From IMG/VR virus record IMGVR_UViG_3300025892_000009: 64,000 bases of DNA; one strand, given 5' to 3'. Shown here one piece after another: positions 17,949 through 27,888 of this stretch. Position 1 is the first letter of the stretch. Every line of letters starts with the position of its first letter. The position numbers were made by a program, and so were the translations under genes. The notes beneath the pieces are model-generated. The model searched no databases. It saw nothing but the letters and a program-made list of their open reading frames with translations, and was not told the DNA's origin. This DNA comes from a virus.

Positions 17949-17986
17949 TGGATCTCCTAGTTATTCTTTGGAATTTGGATTAGTAA

Positions 17987-19027
17987 TTACTTGCCCCAAC
18001 GGGACAGTGCCTGGACATAGACAGACATTGACTCATTGATAGGACCATTCTCAACTTGCACATCCTCAGTTACGGTAGTAACTTCTGGTTTTGTTGAGAA
18101 ATATGATTCACGGAGGGTAGAAACTTTCTCACGGAATGCTTCTTCATTTTCAAACTCAACAGCTTCTGCCAAGGATCCGAGTTTCTCACGCTGAGTGAGA
18201 CTCAAACCTTCGGAGATTTCTGTCACAATCCCATTCTTGATATAGTTGCCGACGCTCTTATTGAGACCGACGTTTTCTTCAATAGACTCGTTGAGTTTTG
18301 TTTCCATGGTCTGAAGTTGCTCTTGCATTTCGTCTACAAGATCAACTTTCTCGTCGGGAAGATCGATGAAATTCTCGACGAAAACTTGCTTGATTCCGCT
18401 CAATACAGACTCAGCCATCTCAGACTTAATGCCGTGCTCGACCGCGAGCTCGTTATTCTTCATCCAATTGGATACGGCATAAGTGAGATACTCATCAACT
18501 GATTCAGCCAGTTGAGTCTTGACGGTATCAATTTCTTCTTCAAGGACCTTTGCATAGTCCTCGTGCATACGCTCCAGTTCTTCATTGATTCTGGAAACGA
18601 CCGCTGCTTCAAAGATAGTCTTTGCTTTCTCTTTGAATTCTTCGGTAAGGTCTTCACCTTCTGTGAGTGCAGCAACATCAGCAGACAGATCCACCTCAAT
18701 GACGGTCTCTGTTGATGCTTCTGTTTCTGCGATCACTTCGCCCTCAGGCTCATGACCTGCCTTTACATCACCCTTAGCAGCAAATTCTGCTTTAGCGCCA
18801 GATGCATCAGAAGGCTTAGTTGTAGGAGCCGAAGCAAACCCACCAACTACAGTCTTCATCTTATTGCTGTCGTCATCAGGCTTACTGTTAAAGGGTGTTG
18901 GACCTCCGAGGTCTTGTACTCCAGCGAGACTACTACCGTCAGAACCCAGTTTTTGCTGAGGGTCGGCAGGTTTAGCGCCAGCAGTTACACTCGATTCATC
19001 CAGAGTTGTTTCAATCTCTTGTGACAT
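17987..19027 (-). CDS. gp22: Prohead scaffold protein
   Basis: EEFKEKAKTIFEAAV, VDEYLTY, acidic helical composition; precedes gp23. Confidence 0.93.
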   Translation of the reverse strand: MSQEIETTLDESSVTAGAKPADPQQKLGSDGSSLAGVQDLGGPTPFNSKPDDDSNKMKTVVGGFASAPTTKPSDASGAKAEFAAKGDVKAGHEPEGEVIAETEASTETVIEVDLSADVAALTEGEDLTEEFKEKAKTIFEAAVVSRINEELERMHEDYAKVLEEEIDTVKTQLAESVDEYLTYAVSNWMKNNELAVEHGIKSEMAESVLSGIKQVFVENFIDLPDEKVDLVDEMQEQLQTMETKLNESIEENVGLNKSVGNYIKNGIVTEISEGLSLTQREKLGSLAEAVEFENEEAFREKVSTLRESYFSTKPEVTTVTEDVQVENGPINESMSVYVQALSRWGK

Positions 19028-19066
19028 TATAGTCTCCGTGGTACAAACGTGCGATTTGCTATGAAT

Positions 19067-19074
19067 TATTTATA
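19067..19074 (-). promoter_or_regulatory. Late promoter for gp22-gp23
   Basis: Perfect TATAAATA. Confidence 0.8.
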
Positions 19075-19075
19075 C

Positions 19076-19723
19076 TTATAAATTTTTCAGGAATTGATGA
19101 AACGCGGAAAGTTTCATTTCTTCTAACTGATTTTGGTGGGCATTGTCAATTCTATGTTTGATTTGCTCAATGCTTTGCTCTCGGACTGCGCCTCCAGCAA
19201 GTACCCACTCCCTACCTTCCATAATGCCATTCACAAAAGCATCTGGTGCAGATGGATCTGCTACAATATCTGCAGCAGTTGCCAGCATGAAGTCGTCTGC
19301 GACAACTTTCATTCCATTTTCTTCTCTAATAGATCCTAAACCTCTAGAAGAGACGCCAAGTTTCACACCCTCATCGAGCAGAGACTTAGCAATGTTACCC
19401 ATAGGGGTATCAAGAATACGTGCTTTACCCATAAAATTATTACCCTCTCTTGTTAGAGATGTAATAAGATGAGAGACGCGATCAAGATTAAGAGTAGGAC
19501 CATCGGGATGACCCAACTCACCAAGTGCGCGACCTTTGGTAATGTAGTTCTCATTATATTTATAGACTTCTCTTTCGAGAGTTTCTACAGGATACATTCT
19601 ACCGTTACGGTTTTTGATTGCACCTTGAAGAAAAACCCCTTCGATGAAGTGATTCTTCTTACCATTTTTGCCCTCAGTAATAACTACTTTGGCAGTTTCA
19701 ATTTCTTCCCTAATCAGTTTCAT
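19076..19723 (-). CDS. gp21: Prohead protease
   Basis: NRNGRMYP, LGELGHP, GVSSRGLGS, DIVADPSAPDAFV. Confidence 0.97.
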   Translation of the reverse strand: MKLIREEIETAKVVITEGKNGKKNHFIEGVFLQGAIKNRNGRMYPVETLEREVYKYNENYITKGRALGELGHPDGPTLNLDRVSHLITSLTREGNNFMGKARILDTPMGNIAKSLLDEGVKLGVSSRGLGSIREENGMKVVADDFMLATAADIVADPSAPDAFVNGIMEGREWVLAGGAVREQSIEQIKHRIDNAHQNQLEEMKLSAFHQFLKNL

Positions 19724-19934
19724 TGTTTTCCTCTGGTGGTGCAGCGTCTACAGGTTGCTCAGTATTCTCAGGACCGTCTTCCTGTGGGGCAAATAGTTTT
19801 GCTCCCATTTCTTTTTTCTTCGCATCAATCTGGTCAACAGCAACATTTTTCATTGCAGTATCAACAAAATCTGAAAGATCTTTTTGACCTGCAAACAAAG
19901 CATTTACAATATCAAGCGCGGAATCGGTAGGCAT
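19710..19934 (-). CDS. Small acidic prohead core protein (gp67-like position)
   Basis: 74 aa, acidic tail, between gp20 and gp21. Confidence 0.6.
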   Translation of the reverse strand: MPTDSALDIVNALFAGQKDLSDFVDTAMKNVAVDQIDAKKKEMGAKLFAPQEDGPENTEQPVDAAPPEENNETD

Positions 19935-19956
19935 AATTAAAATTAATTTGTAATAC

Positions 19957-19963
19957 TATTTAG
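19957..19963 (-). promoter_or_regulatory. Late promoter
   Basis: CTAAATA overlapping the gp20 stop. Confidence 0.6.
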
Positions 19964-21564
19964 ATATTTCCTTTTTCATAGTCAGCGGGATCCAATCCTT
20001 CTTCCTCTTCAGGTTCAGGAGGTTGCAGACTTAGTGCCATTTGCTCATGCTCCATTTGCTGCATTGCCATTGGATCAATGAGTTTCCCATCATCAATTTC
20101 TTTCGACATCTGCTTGTCGATCTCATTCAACTCAGCATCAGTTTGGCGCAATATTTGACGCCGAAGATATTCCAATGAGAAATACTTACCAGCAAAGGGA
20201 TCCATCTGCTGCAGAAGAGCAAGACGAGCATTCATAATCTCTTGCTCTTTCAACTCACTGAAGTAGTTGTCGGCAACAAAATCAAATTGGATGTGCTCTT
20301 TCATGTCATCCCACTCTTCAAGAGTGGCGACACCTTTCAACACAAGTTGTGTTTTTAAAATGTCAAGGAAGAGGTCACTAAACCTCTTGCGAAGTCTAAT
20401 AACAAATTTTTGGAATTTTACTTCATCGCGGGTGATCTCTGCAGACCTACCAACGTTAAATGATGTATCTGATTCTAAACGTGACTCAGGTACGTTGAGT
20501 GATCTGTAAAGTTTCTTCTGGAAATACTTGACATCCTCCAACTCGCCTAGGTTTTGTCCACCAGGAAGAGTAGTAATTTCTGTGCCGCGTCCACCCTCTC
20601 TACGAGGTAGCCAGAAGTCTTCTAGCATAGACATGAATTTTTTATCATCACGAATCTCACCAGTGTCAGCGTTATACACCAACTTGTTTCTATAGCGAGA
20701 CATTACCTCACGAAGGTATTGCTCAGCTTTTTGTTTGGGGAGATTACCAACATCAATATAGAAAATACGACGCTCAGGTGCTCTACTTAAACGATAGATC
20801 ACCAAAGAGTCTTCAATCATTCGCAGTTGATTGACTGCTTTAATTGCTTTGTGGAGGTGTGACAGCACATAGTTGCGCTGCATATCAACTTGCCCTGAAT
20901 GGGTAAAGCAAATTGCATCAGGTGCAATTTTGATCCCATGATTCTCATACCCACGAAGACCTTTGGGTGAGTAGATAAAATACTCAATTGCTTTAGGGAC
21001 AAGAGTATTCATTGCAGGATCTGAAGGTGACAACCTATCCTTAGGCTTGTCATACTCAATAACCTTTTTGATCTTGCGAGGATCGATATATCTTAACTCT
21101 GTAATTCCTTCGGCAGGATTATCAGGGTTGATCATCTTATGATAAAAGAGGCGACCGTCGATATACCAACGACGGAAAATATCATACGCCTTCCTATCAA
21201 AGTCAAGGAGTGAAAGTACATTCCCAAACTCTTCTCTAATTCTTGTCTTGACGGTATTTGAAACTTTGAGATTAGATAACTCAATGTCTACAGGATGATC
21301 GTCAAGGTCACCTGCAATTGCTTCATTTACAATATCTGCAATTGCGGCATCTGCTTCTGGATGAAGTGACATCTCGCGGTATCTACCGACAAGATCAACT
21401 TCACTAGATTTATTAGCAGAATCTCCAAGGTCAACGTATTGACCAAAATAACCGCCAGCGGCTATGGGTTGGGCAGCATCGTCAGAATCTTTATGCACGA
21501 AAGAAGGACCCTTGTTGGAGTCCTTCTTCTTGCGATCAAGTGAATAACCAAATAGTTGTGACAT
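19960..21564 (-). CDS. gp20: Portal protein
   Basis: LRMIEDSLVIYRLSRAPERRIFYIDVGNLPK, EDFWLPRREGGRGTEI. Confidence 0.99.
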   Translation of the reverse strand: MSQLFGYSLDRKKKDSNKGPSFVHKDSDDAAQPIAAGGYFGQYVDLGDSANKSSEVDLVGRYREMSLHPEADAAIADIVNEAIAGDLDDHPVDIELSNLKVSNTVKTRIREEFGNVLSLLDFDRKAYDIFRRWYIDGRLFYHKMINPDNPAEGITELRYIDPRKIKKVIEYDKPKDRLSPSDPAMNTLVPKAIEYFIYSPKGLRGYENHGIKIAPDAICFTHSGQVDMQRNYVLSHLHKAIKAVNQLRMIEDSLVIYRLSRAPERRIFYIDVGNLPKQKAEQYLREVMSRYRNKLVYNADTGEIRDDKKFMSMLEDFWLPRREGGRGTEITTLPGGQNLGELEDVKYFQKKLYRSLNVPESRLESDTSFNVGRSAEITRDEVKFQKFVIRLRKRFSDLFLDILKTQLVLKGVATLEEWDDMKEHIQFDFVADNYFSELKEQEIMNARLALLQQMDPFAGKYFSLEYLRRQILRQTDAELNEIDKQMSKEIDDGKLIDPMAMQQMEHEQMALSLQPPEPEEEEGLDPADYEKGNI

Positions 21565-21589
21565 TGCTGTCTCGTGTTACATTATCAAT

Positions 21590-21597
21590 TATTTATA
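21590..21597 (-). promoter_or_regulatory. Late promoter for gp20
   Basis: Perfect TATAAATA. Confidence 0.8.
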
Positions 21598-21604
21598 ATA
21601 AATA

Positions 21605-22288
21605 TCAGACTGCATTTCCAGCATTGACATCGCTAGCATAAGTCCAGTATTGTACCTGGAATTCTACTGTATACTCTTCTGCTGTATCGTTGCTATCCCA
21701 TGCCAGGTCAATGGCAGAGATATTAGAAGGCCAAATGCCTTCAAACAAATACGTTCTGACTGCACCACCTTGGCGATCATACTGACGCACGTATGCGTTA
21801 GCTTGATACTCAGCAATGGTGCGAGGATCCTGCAGGTTTTGCTGCAGTGCCTGGATTCTGGTGGACCACTCTTCAAATTTGGAGCGAAGTGCAAAACCTT
21901 GATCGTTAAGCACAGTCACTGTCCAAGGTTCGAAGGTGCGATCACCAGCGATCTTGAGTGTGCGACCTCTGTAAGGCACTTCAATCACACCCACTGTAGA
22001 AGCGGGGATGTTTGCTGCCTTCACGAGGAAGGTGGACAAAGACAGCGAAGAGCTGCCACTGCCTGCTTGAGAAGCACCAGCAGATTCTTGAGACCTCTGC
22101 TCCTGAGAGCCAGGGGTGGCACCCGATGCAGGGGTGCCAGAATCTACGATGCCAGGGAAACCGATTTCAACTTGAAATAGGTTGGGGCGTGCCAGGTCAC
22201 CAATACGGTTACGGAAGTCAAAGATAGGTGCATTAATTTGTTTCCCTTCCGTTTGCCCTGGATAGACAGATGAATCGAATTGAGCCAT
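21605..22288 (-). CDS. gp19: Tail tube protein
   Basis: LARPNLFQV, YRGRTLKIAGDRTFEPWTVTV, WPSNISAIDL. Confidence 0.96.
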   Translation of the reverse strand: MAQFDSSVYPGQTEGKQINAPIFDFRNRIGDLARPNLFQVEIGFPGIVDSGTPASGATPGSQEQRSQESAGASQAGSGSSSLSLSTFLVKAANIPASTVGVIEVPYRGRTLKIAGDRTFEPWTVTVLNDQGFALRSKFEEWSTRIQALQQNLQDPRTIAEYQANAYVRQYDRQGGAVRTYLFEGIWPSNISAIDLAWDSNDTAEEYTVEFQVQYWTYASDVNAGNAV

Positions 22289-22327
22289 TGAATGTTACTC
22301 CTGTTTGATGATAATAGGAAAGGGTAG

Positions 22328-25099
22328 TTACGAAACGATTTCAGCGAAACTTGCGCCAGTTCTCGTTGCGGTGAATGTGAGAGAGATGAAGTTAATCGAG
22401 CGGGTAGGCTTAATGAAGATCTCAGCAAAGAATTCGCCACGGTCAATAGCATCTGCAGGGTTGTTGGTGCCGTCGCAAACTACAAGGAAGTCTACGATAC
22501 CACGACGGGATTGCACCGAGCGGAGGAAAGGCTCAACAGTATTCTTGAATTGTTGACGAGTAAATTCATCATTCAATTCAAACAGGATGGACTTGGCAGA
22601 ATCTGAGATTGCTTCTTCAATTACGAGGAAGAGACGACGGACATTGATCCGATCGAATGCAGACTGGAATCCCAGACCTGTCTTATCACCAAAGAGCACA
22701 ATTCCTTGTCCAGGGAATGCTACGATTGGATTCACTCTGGCAGCATATAGGAGATCTCTATGATCCTTGAGTGGTGAGTATGCAAGTTTAATTGCATTTC
22801 TCAGACGACCACGGTTGAAACCAGCAGGAGAGAACCAAGGCTCGGAATTGAGAGTTGCACTCAAGACCAGACCTGCCATATCAGCATTACATGGGAGATA
22901 ACGATAAACATCGTTATACTTGTCGTAGATATACTTGTAGTTGTTATCAAAGACAGCATACGAAGATGATGTCAGTTGATCGTAGTAGTTGACTGTCCGA
23001 GAAACAATCGTTGCAGTATTTGCTTGTCCAACAACATCTGGCTTATAGGGCGAGATGAATGCCATACAATCTTTACGTTGCTCTGCAATCGAGATGATGT
23101 GCTGTGCCTTAGCAACTGTATCAGCACTGCTATTCATCGAAGGACCCATCAGGATGTAGTCCAGTTCCACTGTTTCAGCATCGTTGAAGAGGCTGTATGC
23201 ACCGAGAATGTCAGGACGTGAGATGGTATAACCATCAACACCACCTTGCAGTGAATAACGTAACGTTGCGCGATTCTTAGTACCTAGGAGAGGCTCTGCT
23301 AATGGATTAAGTCCTGTAGGATCATCCAAGTTGTTAAGAGACTCAGCAGACTTGATCAGGTCAAACTCTTTGTTGACACCTGAGATACCCCAAGCACCAT
23401 TAGTGGTAGTGTCCTTATCATAGATGTTAGCAGTCTCATGAGCACCCCAATAGAGGTAGTTGGAATACGTCTTAATAGCATCCTTATAGTAAATGTTATC
23501 ACCTTGAGGTGATCTAGCATCATTTGCCTTAGAAACATTGAGATGCTTCTCAAGCAGAGCACCAGGAGATCCTGTCAGGGATCCGTCGCCATCGAGGACG
23601 AGGATGTGCATCAGGTCATTGTGACCGCCACGATCAGACACCCATGCGGATGTTGTAGGACGAGCAGCGATATTAGACCAACGCTGACCCTTGCCATAGA
23701 GACGGGTCTCATAATCGGAATCTACGTTAGCAACCTGCAAACTTGCAGCGTTAGCATCGGTAATAGTTTGGTTTGCTTGGAATTGAGGTGATCCTTGATT
23801 CAGAGCAACACGCAATTCGCGAGAAATTGCTTCAACATCACCACTATCTCCAGTTGCACTACCAGCAGATCCGCTGTTGTTTGCCAACTCGGAAATGGTA
23901 TCGTTAACTTCCAAGATATCGGAAGATGTGCCATCAACTGTAATTTCCAGTTTACGTGTTACAGGATCCCATGCAACAATTCTTCCAGTGAAACCACCAG
24001 AAACGGCAGTGATGAAATTATCTTTTTCAAAAGATCCGATCAATGTCGAATCATTCTTGAGGGTTACAGTGAAGGTGTAACTATAAACTTTACCGTAGAT
24101 GTTAGCAGAAGAGTATGCAACTTCAGCGTTGTTGGTAAATTCCCACTCAGTAGTAGTAGGGGCTGCCAAATACAGGACCTGATCAGGACCAGCATCGGTC
24201 ATTACAACACGAACTGAGTTGCCATACTTACCAGCAGTTTTAGATGCCCACTTCCAGTTGTTTGCTGCATTTTCTACACTGGTTTCATACTCAGCCTGAT
24301 TTTTGATCAGAGGAGCAGCAACACCAGTTGCAGTAGATTCTGCAACTTCGGTCTTGTTAGTAGTTACAGTTTGAAGAGTAACAGATGATGCATCGGTGTG
24401 TGCGCTAGCAGTAGATCCCAATACGCCACGAGTGACGCTAAGGTTATTTCCAGAAACACCTGTGATCTGCAAAAACTCGTCATCAATTCTGATGTAGGAG
24501 TTAGTGCCACCAGCAAGAGCAGTAGCAGAAGTAACAGTCAGAGTAGCATCTGCTTCTGAGAAGGTGCCACCTTCGTTGACTGTGCTGCTAGTGCCTGCTG
24601 CTTCAATCAGAGTAATCTGAGATGCAGCAGCGTGGGATGCAGCAGATGTTGCCAACTCACCGCGAGAAACAACAACGTCGCTACCAGAAATGGATTGGAC
24701 AGTCATCAACTCGGAGTCAATGAGCAACACATCAGTAACATCAAAATCAGTAGAAGATAGCACTGTAAGAGTGGTATCTGATGCACTGAAAGAAGTAACC
24801 GTAAACTGAGCGGTGTCGATTGCGTTTTTGAGCGATGCATTCATCGCACGGACAAGTTTTAGTGTGCCACCATAGAGCAGATACTGCGCGGCGGAAAACC
24901 AATACTCGTAATTGTATTCGGTAGGGCGACCAAAAATAGCGAGAAGTTCCTTCTCACTTGTAACTGTTGTGATACTTTCTACGGGACCTTTTTCAAAGGC
25001 ACCAACCATAGCGGCTACGTTATCAACGGTAGCGTTTACGACGTTGGTTAGATCCCTTTCAAGTACAACAACCCCTGGTGAAAGCTGTGTAGATGCCAT
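22328..25099 (-). CDS. gp18: Tail sheath protein with inserted accessory domains
   Basis: SPGVVVLERD, WFSPAGFNRG, FDRINVRRLF, FIKPTRSINFI; 923 aa, longer than T4 gp18. Confidence 0.97.
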   Translation of the reverse strand: MASTQLSPGVVVLERDLTNVVNATVDNVAAMVGAFEKGPVESITTVTSEKELLAIFGRPTEYNYEYWFSAAQYLLYGGTLKLVRAMNASLKNAIDTAQFTVTSFSASDTTLTVLSSTDFDVTDVLLIDSELMTVQSISGSDVVVSRGELATSAASHAAASQITLIEAAGTSSTVNEGGTFSEADATLTVTSATALAGGTNSYIRIDDEFLQITGVSGNNLSVTRGVLGSTASAHTDASSVTLQTVTTNKTEVAESTATGVAAPLIKNQAEYETSVENAANNWKWASKTAGKYGNSVRVVMTDAGPDQVLYLAAPTTTEWEFTNNAEVAYSSANIYGKVYSYTFTVTLKNDSTLIGSFEKDNFITAVSGGFTGRIVAWDPVTRKLEITVDGTSSDILEVNDTISELANNSGSAGSATGDSGDVEAISRELRVALNQGSPQFQANQTITDANAASLQVANVDSDYETRLYGKGQRWSNIAARPTTSAWVSDRGGHNDLMHILVLDGDGSLTGSPGALLEKHLNVSKANDARSPQGDNIYYKDAIKTYSNYLYWGAHETANIYDKDTTTNGAWGISGVNKEFDLIKSAESLNNLDDPTGLNPLAEPLLGTKNRATLRYSLQGGVDGYTISRPDILGAYSLFNDAETVELDYILMGPSMNSSADTVAKAQHIISIAEQRKDCMAFISPYKPDVVGQANTATIVSRTVNYYDQLTSSSYAVFDNNYKYIYDKYNDVYRYLPCNADMAGLVLSATLNSEPWFSPAGFNRGRLRNAIKLAYSPLKDHRDLLYAARVNPIVAFPGQGIVLFGDKTGLGFQSAFDRINVRRLFLVIEEAISDSAKSILFELNDEFTRQQFKNTVEPFLRSVQSRRGIVDFLVVCDGTNNPADAIDRGEFFAEIFIKPTRSINFISLTFTATRTGASFAEIVS
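24374..24793 (-). repeat. Two tandem ~60-aa repeats inside gp18
   Basis: DTTLTV...LIDSELMTV...SRGELATSAASHAAASQITL and DATLTV...RIDDEFLQI...TRGVLGSTASAHTDASSVTL. Confidence 0.8.
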
Positions 25100-25139
25100 C
25101 TGTTAATCTCCTGAATTAATCAAGTTCGGATGCTGAAAC

Positions 25140-25146
25140 TATTTAG
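25140..25146 (-). promoter_or_regulatory. Late promoter for gp18-gp19
   Basis: CTAAATA about 40 nt before the ATG; CAGGAG Shine-Dalgarno follows. Confidence 0.65.
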
Positions 25147-25187
25147 AATAATGCGTTATTTCAGAGGGGAAACAGAGCAGGAACACA

Positions 25188-25442
25188 CTACCAATCAGGA
25201 TAAATGTCTGGTCCGAATCTAGGGACAGGATCGTATGGTATATCTGGTTTGCTCTTTCGGGATTGAGTTACTCTTTTTATAGTGCATGTCTTACACACAT
25301 ATGAGTATGCAGATGCATTCTTACCACGATCAGGACGACTCTTGTAAAAGTTATCAATCAAAGAAAGTGTACGTAAACATTTTCTACATCTCCTGTCAAC
25401 AAACAGAAAATGCTCTAACTCAAACTCATTCTGAAAGTCCAT
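25188..25442 (-). CDS. Small CxxC...CxxC zinc-ribbon protein
   Basis: RRCRKC...NFY...YSYVCKTC; coupled to the gp17 stop. Confidence 0.7.
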   Translation of the reverse strand: MDFQNEFELEHFLFVDRRCRKCLRTLSLIDNFYKSRPDRGKNASAYSYVCKTCTIKRVTQSRKSKPDIPYDPVPRFGPDIYPDW

Positions 25443-27103
25443 TACTTATAGTCCCACATAAAGGACATGTCTCCATAATCCCCTACAGTTTCATCGGTAT
25501 GCCAAACTTGCCCTTCGGGATCAACTATTACTTCATCACCTAAACCATCATCCATAAATCCAAAAGGTGCCATGTCTGCTTCGATTGCTTCTTTCTGCTC
25601 GGTATACATTCTGGCACGGACATCACTATCGTGCAATTCTCTAAAGTAATCTGATGTTGCTAACCATGAAAATATAACCAGGCACATAGCAAGGTCATCA
25701 TTACACCCCTCTTCTGCTTCCCATGCTTGACCTTTTTGGATGAAAGTAGTTAACTCTGCAATAATATCATAGTCATTAAAAATTAATTTATCATCCTCAA
25801 TCAATTGCTTCATGTTTGCACATCCAGTTTTCTTAACTGTAGTGGACATCTTCACACCTAGTTGCACCTTAGACCCAGAAAATCCCTGCCCCACAACCTG
25901 ACCAGCACGTCCCCGCATTGAGCACATAAGAAGATTATCATACTCAAGATCAAACTGCATAGTGTCTGCTACTTGACCACCAATATCATTAACCTCAATC
26001 ATTACATATGCATGATTGTAATTAGACGCAACCTGATTAATAACATTGGGGAAGAGCAACGGTTTAATAGTATTGTTTCTATATTTGGCAACCATTGTAT
26101 ATGGGATAGTTGTTGTATCCATCACAACAAATGCAGAATAGTCTTTTGTCAATCCCCTAGCAACGTCAACTGTCATGCAGTATGTGTGCTCTGGTATTGG
26201 TGGTGTGAATACATCTAACCCCCCACTACGAGTTATAGGATCTTCATATACTAATGTCTTAAGTTTAGATGATGTGATCAAAGTATTAACAGATCCTAGG
26301 AATTCACATTCAAACTCTTGATTAAACTGCTCTGCCGATGTATTACGAATGGTCTGCTCTTTCCACGCAGCATCACGTCCTGGTACTTCTGACCAGTGGA
26401 CTTCAGTGGTAGTATATTCATTCTTACCTTTCTCTGCATCATGCCAGAGTTTGTAAAACATATTCATCCCCTTAGGCGTGGAGATGATAATTACCTTTGT
26501 GCTTTTACCAGAAGATATAGTAGGATAGACAGATGAAAAGAACTCATCAGCAATGTGCGTCGGAATAAACGCGAATTCGTCCAGAAAAATGATATTAAAA
26601 GACATGCCCCTGACGGCAGAAGCGGAAGTAGAGGCAGCCATGATCTTACTGCCGTTTTCCAATTCCAGACTGCCCCTGTTCCAGTTGACGACACCTTGCT
26701 GCAGCCAGTTGGGGAGGTTTTCATAACTTAATTGTAATCGTTGTAGCATCTCGCGAGCAGTCGCTGCTTTGTTGGCAAGGATTGCTACATTAACATTGTC
26801 ATTAAAAATGATATACCACAACAGATATGCAGTAACCACTGTTGACTTACCTGACTGTCGTGGTAGTTTTGCTATATTGAATCTATTCGCATGGAATCTT
26901 TCAACCATCGACTCCTGAAAGTCGTACAATGTAAATGGAATCAGACCACGATCCAGTGAGATAATTTGGATGTAGTTTTTAATAAAGTAAACGGGATCCT
27001 TAGAGCACTTGATAAATTCTTTAACGTGTTCTTCAGTAAAATCCTGTGCAACGTTAGCCCGTTTTAGATTCGGATTACCAAGATAGATTTCATTCTGAGC
27101 CAT
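25442..27103 (-). CDS. gp17: Terminase large subunit
   Basis: YLGNPNLK, PRQSGKST, IFLDEFAF, ISTPKG, DDLAMC. Confidence 0.99.
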   Translation of the reverse strand: MAQNEIYLGNPNLKRANVAQDFTEEHVKEFIKCSKDPVYFIKNYIQIISLDRGLIPFTLYDFQESMVERFHANRFNIAKLPRQSGKSTVVTAYLLWYIIFNDNVNVAILANKAATAREMLQRLQLSYENLPNWLQQGVVNWNRGSLELENGSKIMAASTSASAVRGMSFNIIFLDEFAFIPTHIADEFFSSVYPTISSGKSTKVIIISTPKGMNMFYKLWHDAEKGKNEYTTTEVHWSEVPGRDAAWKEQTIRNTSAEQFNQEFECEFLGSVNTLITSSKLKTLVYEDPITRSGGLDVFTPPIPEHTYCMTVDVARGLTKDYSAFVVMDTTTIPYTMVAKYRNNTIKPLLFPNVINQVASNYNHAYVMIEVNDIGGQVADTMQFDLEYDNLLMCSMRGRAGQVVGQGFSGSKVQLGVKMSTTVKKTGCANMKQLIEDDKLIFNDYDIIAELTTFIQKGQAWEAEEGCNDDLAMCLVIFSWLATSDYFRELHDSDVRARMYTEQKEAIEADMAPFGFMDDGLGDEVIVDPEGQVWHTDETVGDYGDMSFMWDYK

Positions 27104-27564
27104 TATTCAACCAACGTACCGTGTGCTCTCCTGATTTCTCGTAGTGCCTCAAGATTCATATCCTTGGTGCCACCATCATAGGCATGAGCATAACCTTCTG
27201 CAATCATTTGCTCGTTAAGGGACACACTGTCGTCCCCAATGTAAAGCCAACCCAGAAGACGCCCGTATTTCCCAGTGCCACCAACAAGTTCAGTCCTAAC
27301 AGACAACTCATCATCACCAGCCAACGTGCCTTCGAGTTTTTCTTTGAGCCAGTTGGTTGCGTCGATTCCAAGTGCTTTCTCCTCTAGGTTTCTGGTCCTC
27401 TTCTCTGGCGTATCAACTCCTGCAACTCTAACTCTTTCTTTCTTGTATAGATCAAACCCGAGGTCAATAGTGACATCAATAGTATCACCATCAAGGACAC
27501 GATTGATCTCCGTCACTCGGAAGTTGTAGCAGCTCTTCCTGCTCGGTGGTGTCAATGCTCCCAT
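27103..27564 (-). CDS. Thermonuclease (SNase-family) protein
   Basis: VLDGDTID, RVAGVDTPE, GKYGRLLG, NEQMIAEGYA. Confidence 0.85.
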   Translation of the reverse strand: MGALTPPSRKSCYNFRVTEINRVLDGDTIDVTIDLGFDLYKKERVRVAGVDTPEKRTRNLEEKALGIDATNWLKEKLEGTLAGDDELSVRTELVGGTGKYGRLLGWLYIGDDSVSLNEQMIAEGYAHAYDGGTKDMNLEALREIRRAHGTLVE

Positions 27565-27700
27565 CTTCTAACTCTGCAAACGCTATCCTTAATATGTATA
27601 CGATACAATAGAATGCTCCTGCAACTGCAAGTATCACCATAACGATCACTGACCACACAGGGTCAGCAACATTATCTAGTGGGCGCAAGAATAAATTCAT
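27491..27700 (-). CDS. Small single-pass membrane protein
   Basis: DPVWSVIVMVILAVAGAFYCIVYIL hydrophobic segment; 3' end overlaps the nuclease gene by 74 nt. Confidence 0.6.
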   Translation of the reverse strand: MNLFLRPLDNVADPVWSVIVMVILAVAGAFYCIVYILRIAFAELEDGSIDTTEQEELLQLPSDGDQSCP

Positions 27701-27888
27701 AATTCATGAAATTGATAATCTAAGATCATTCGGTAAAGAGAATCTCTCATATACCATAAGTGCTCTTGCTCTTCTGGTGGTCTGGCAGGAGATCCCTCCC
27801 ACATTTCTAGTCTCTTTATTACACATTGATGTAATAAACGTATATCTTCTATGGTCAAATCAACATTGTAATCAGGTTCCTGATTCAT
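27697..27888 (-). CDS. Hypothetical protein
   Basis: 63-aa ORF with ATGA overlaps on both sides. Confidence 0.7.
   Translation of the reverse strand: MNQEPDYNVDLTIEDIRLLHQCVIKRLEMWEGSPARPPEEQEHLWYMRDSLYRMILDYQFHEL

Noticed and set aside
16517-18039. Long alternative-frame and antisense ORFs over gp23 (e.g. 16644-17330 +, 17379-17873 +, 16517-17053 -)
   Set aside because: Shadows of the strongly biased codon usage of the capsid gene; no Shine-Dalgarno, promoter or recognisable motif.
25131-25164. CTGAAA...TTTCAG inverted repeat flanking the gp18 late promoter
   Set aside because: Only 6 bp in AT-rich DNA, not seen at the other late promoters.
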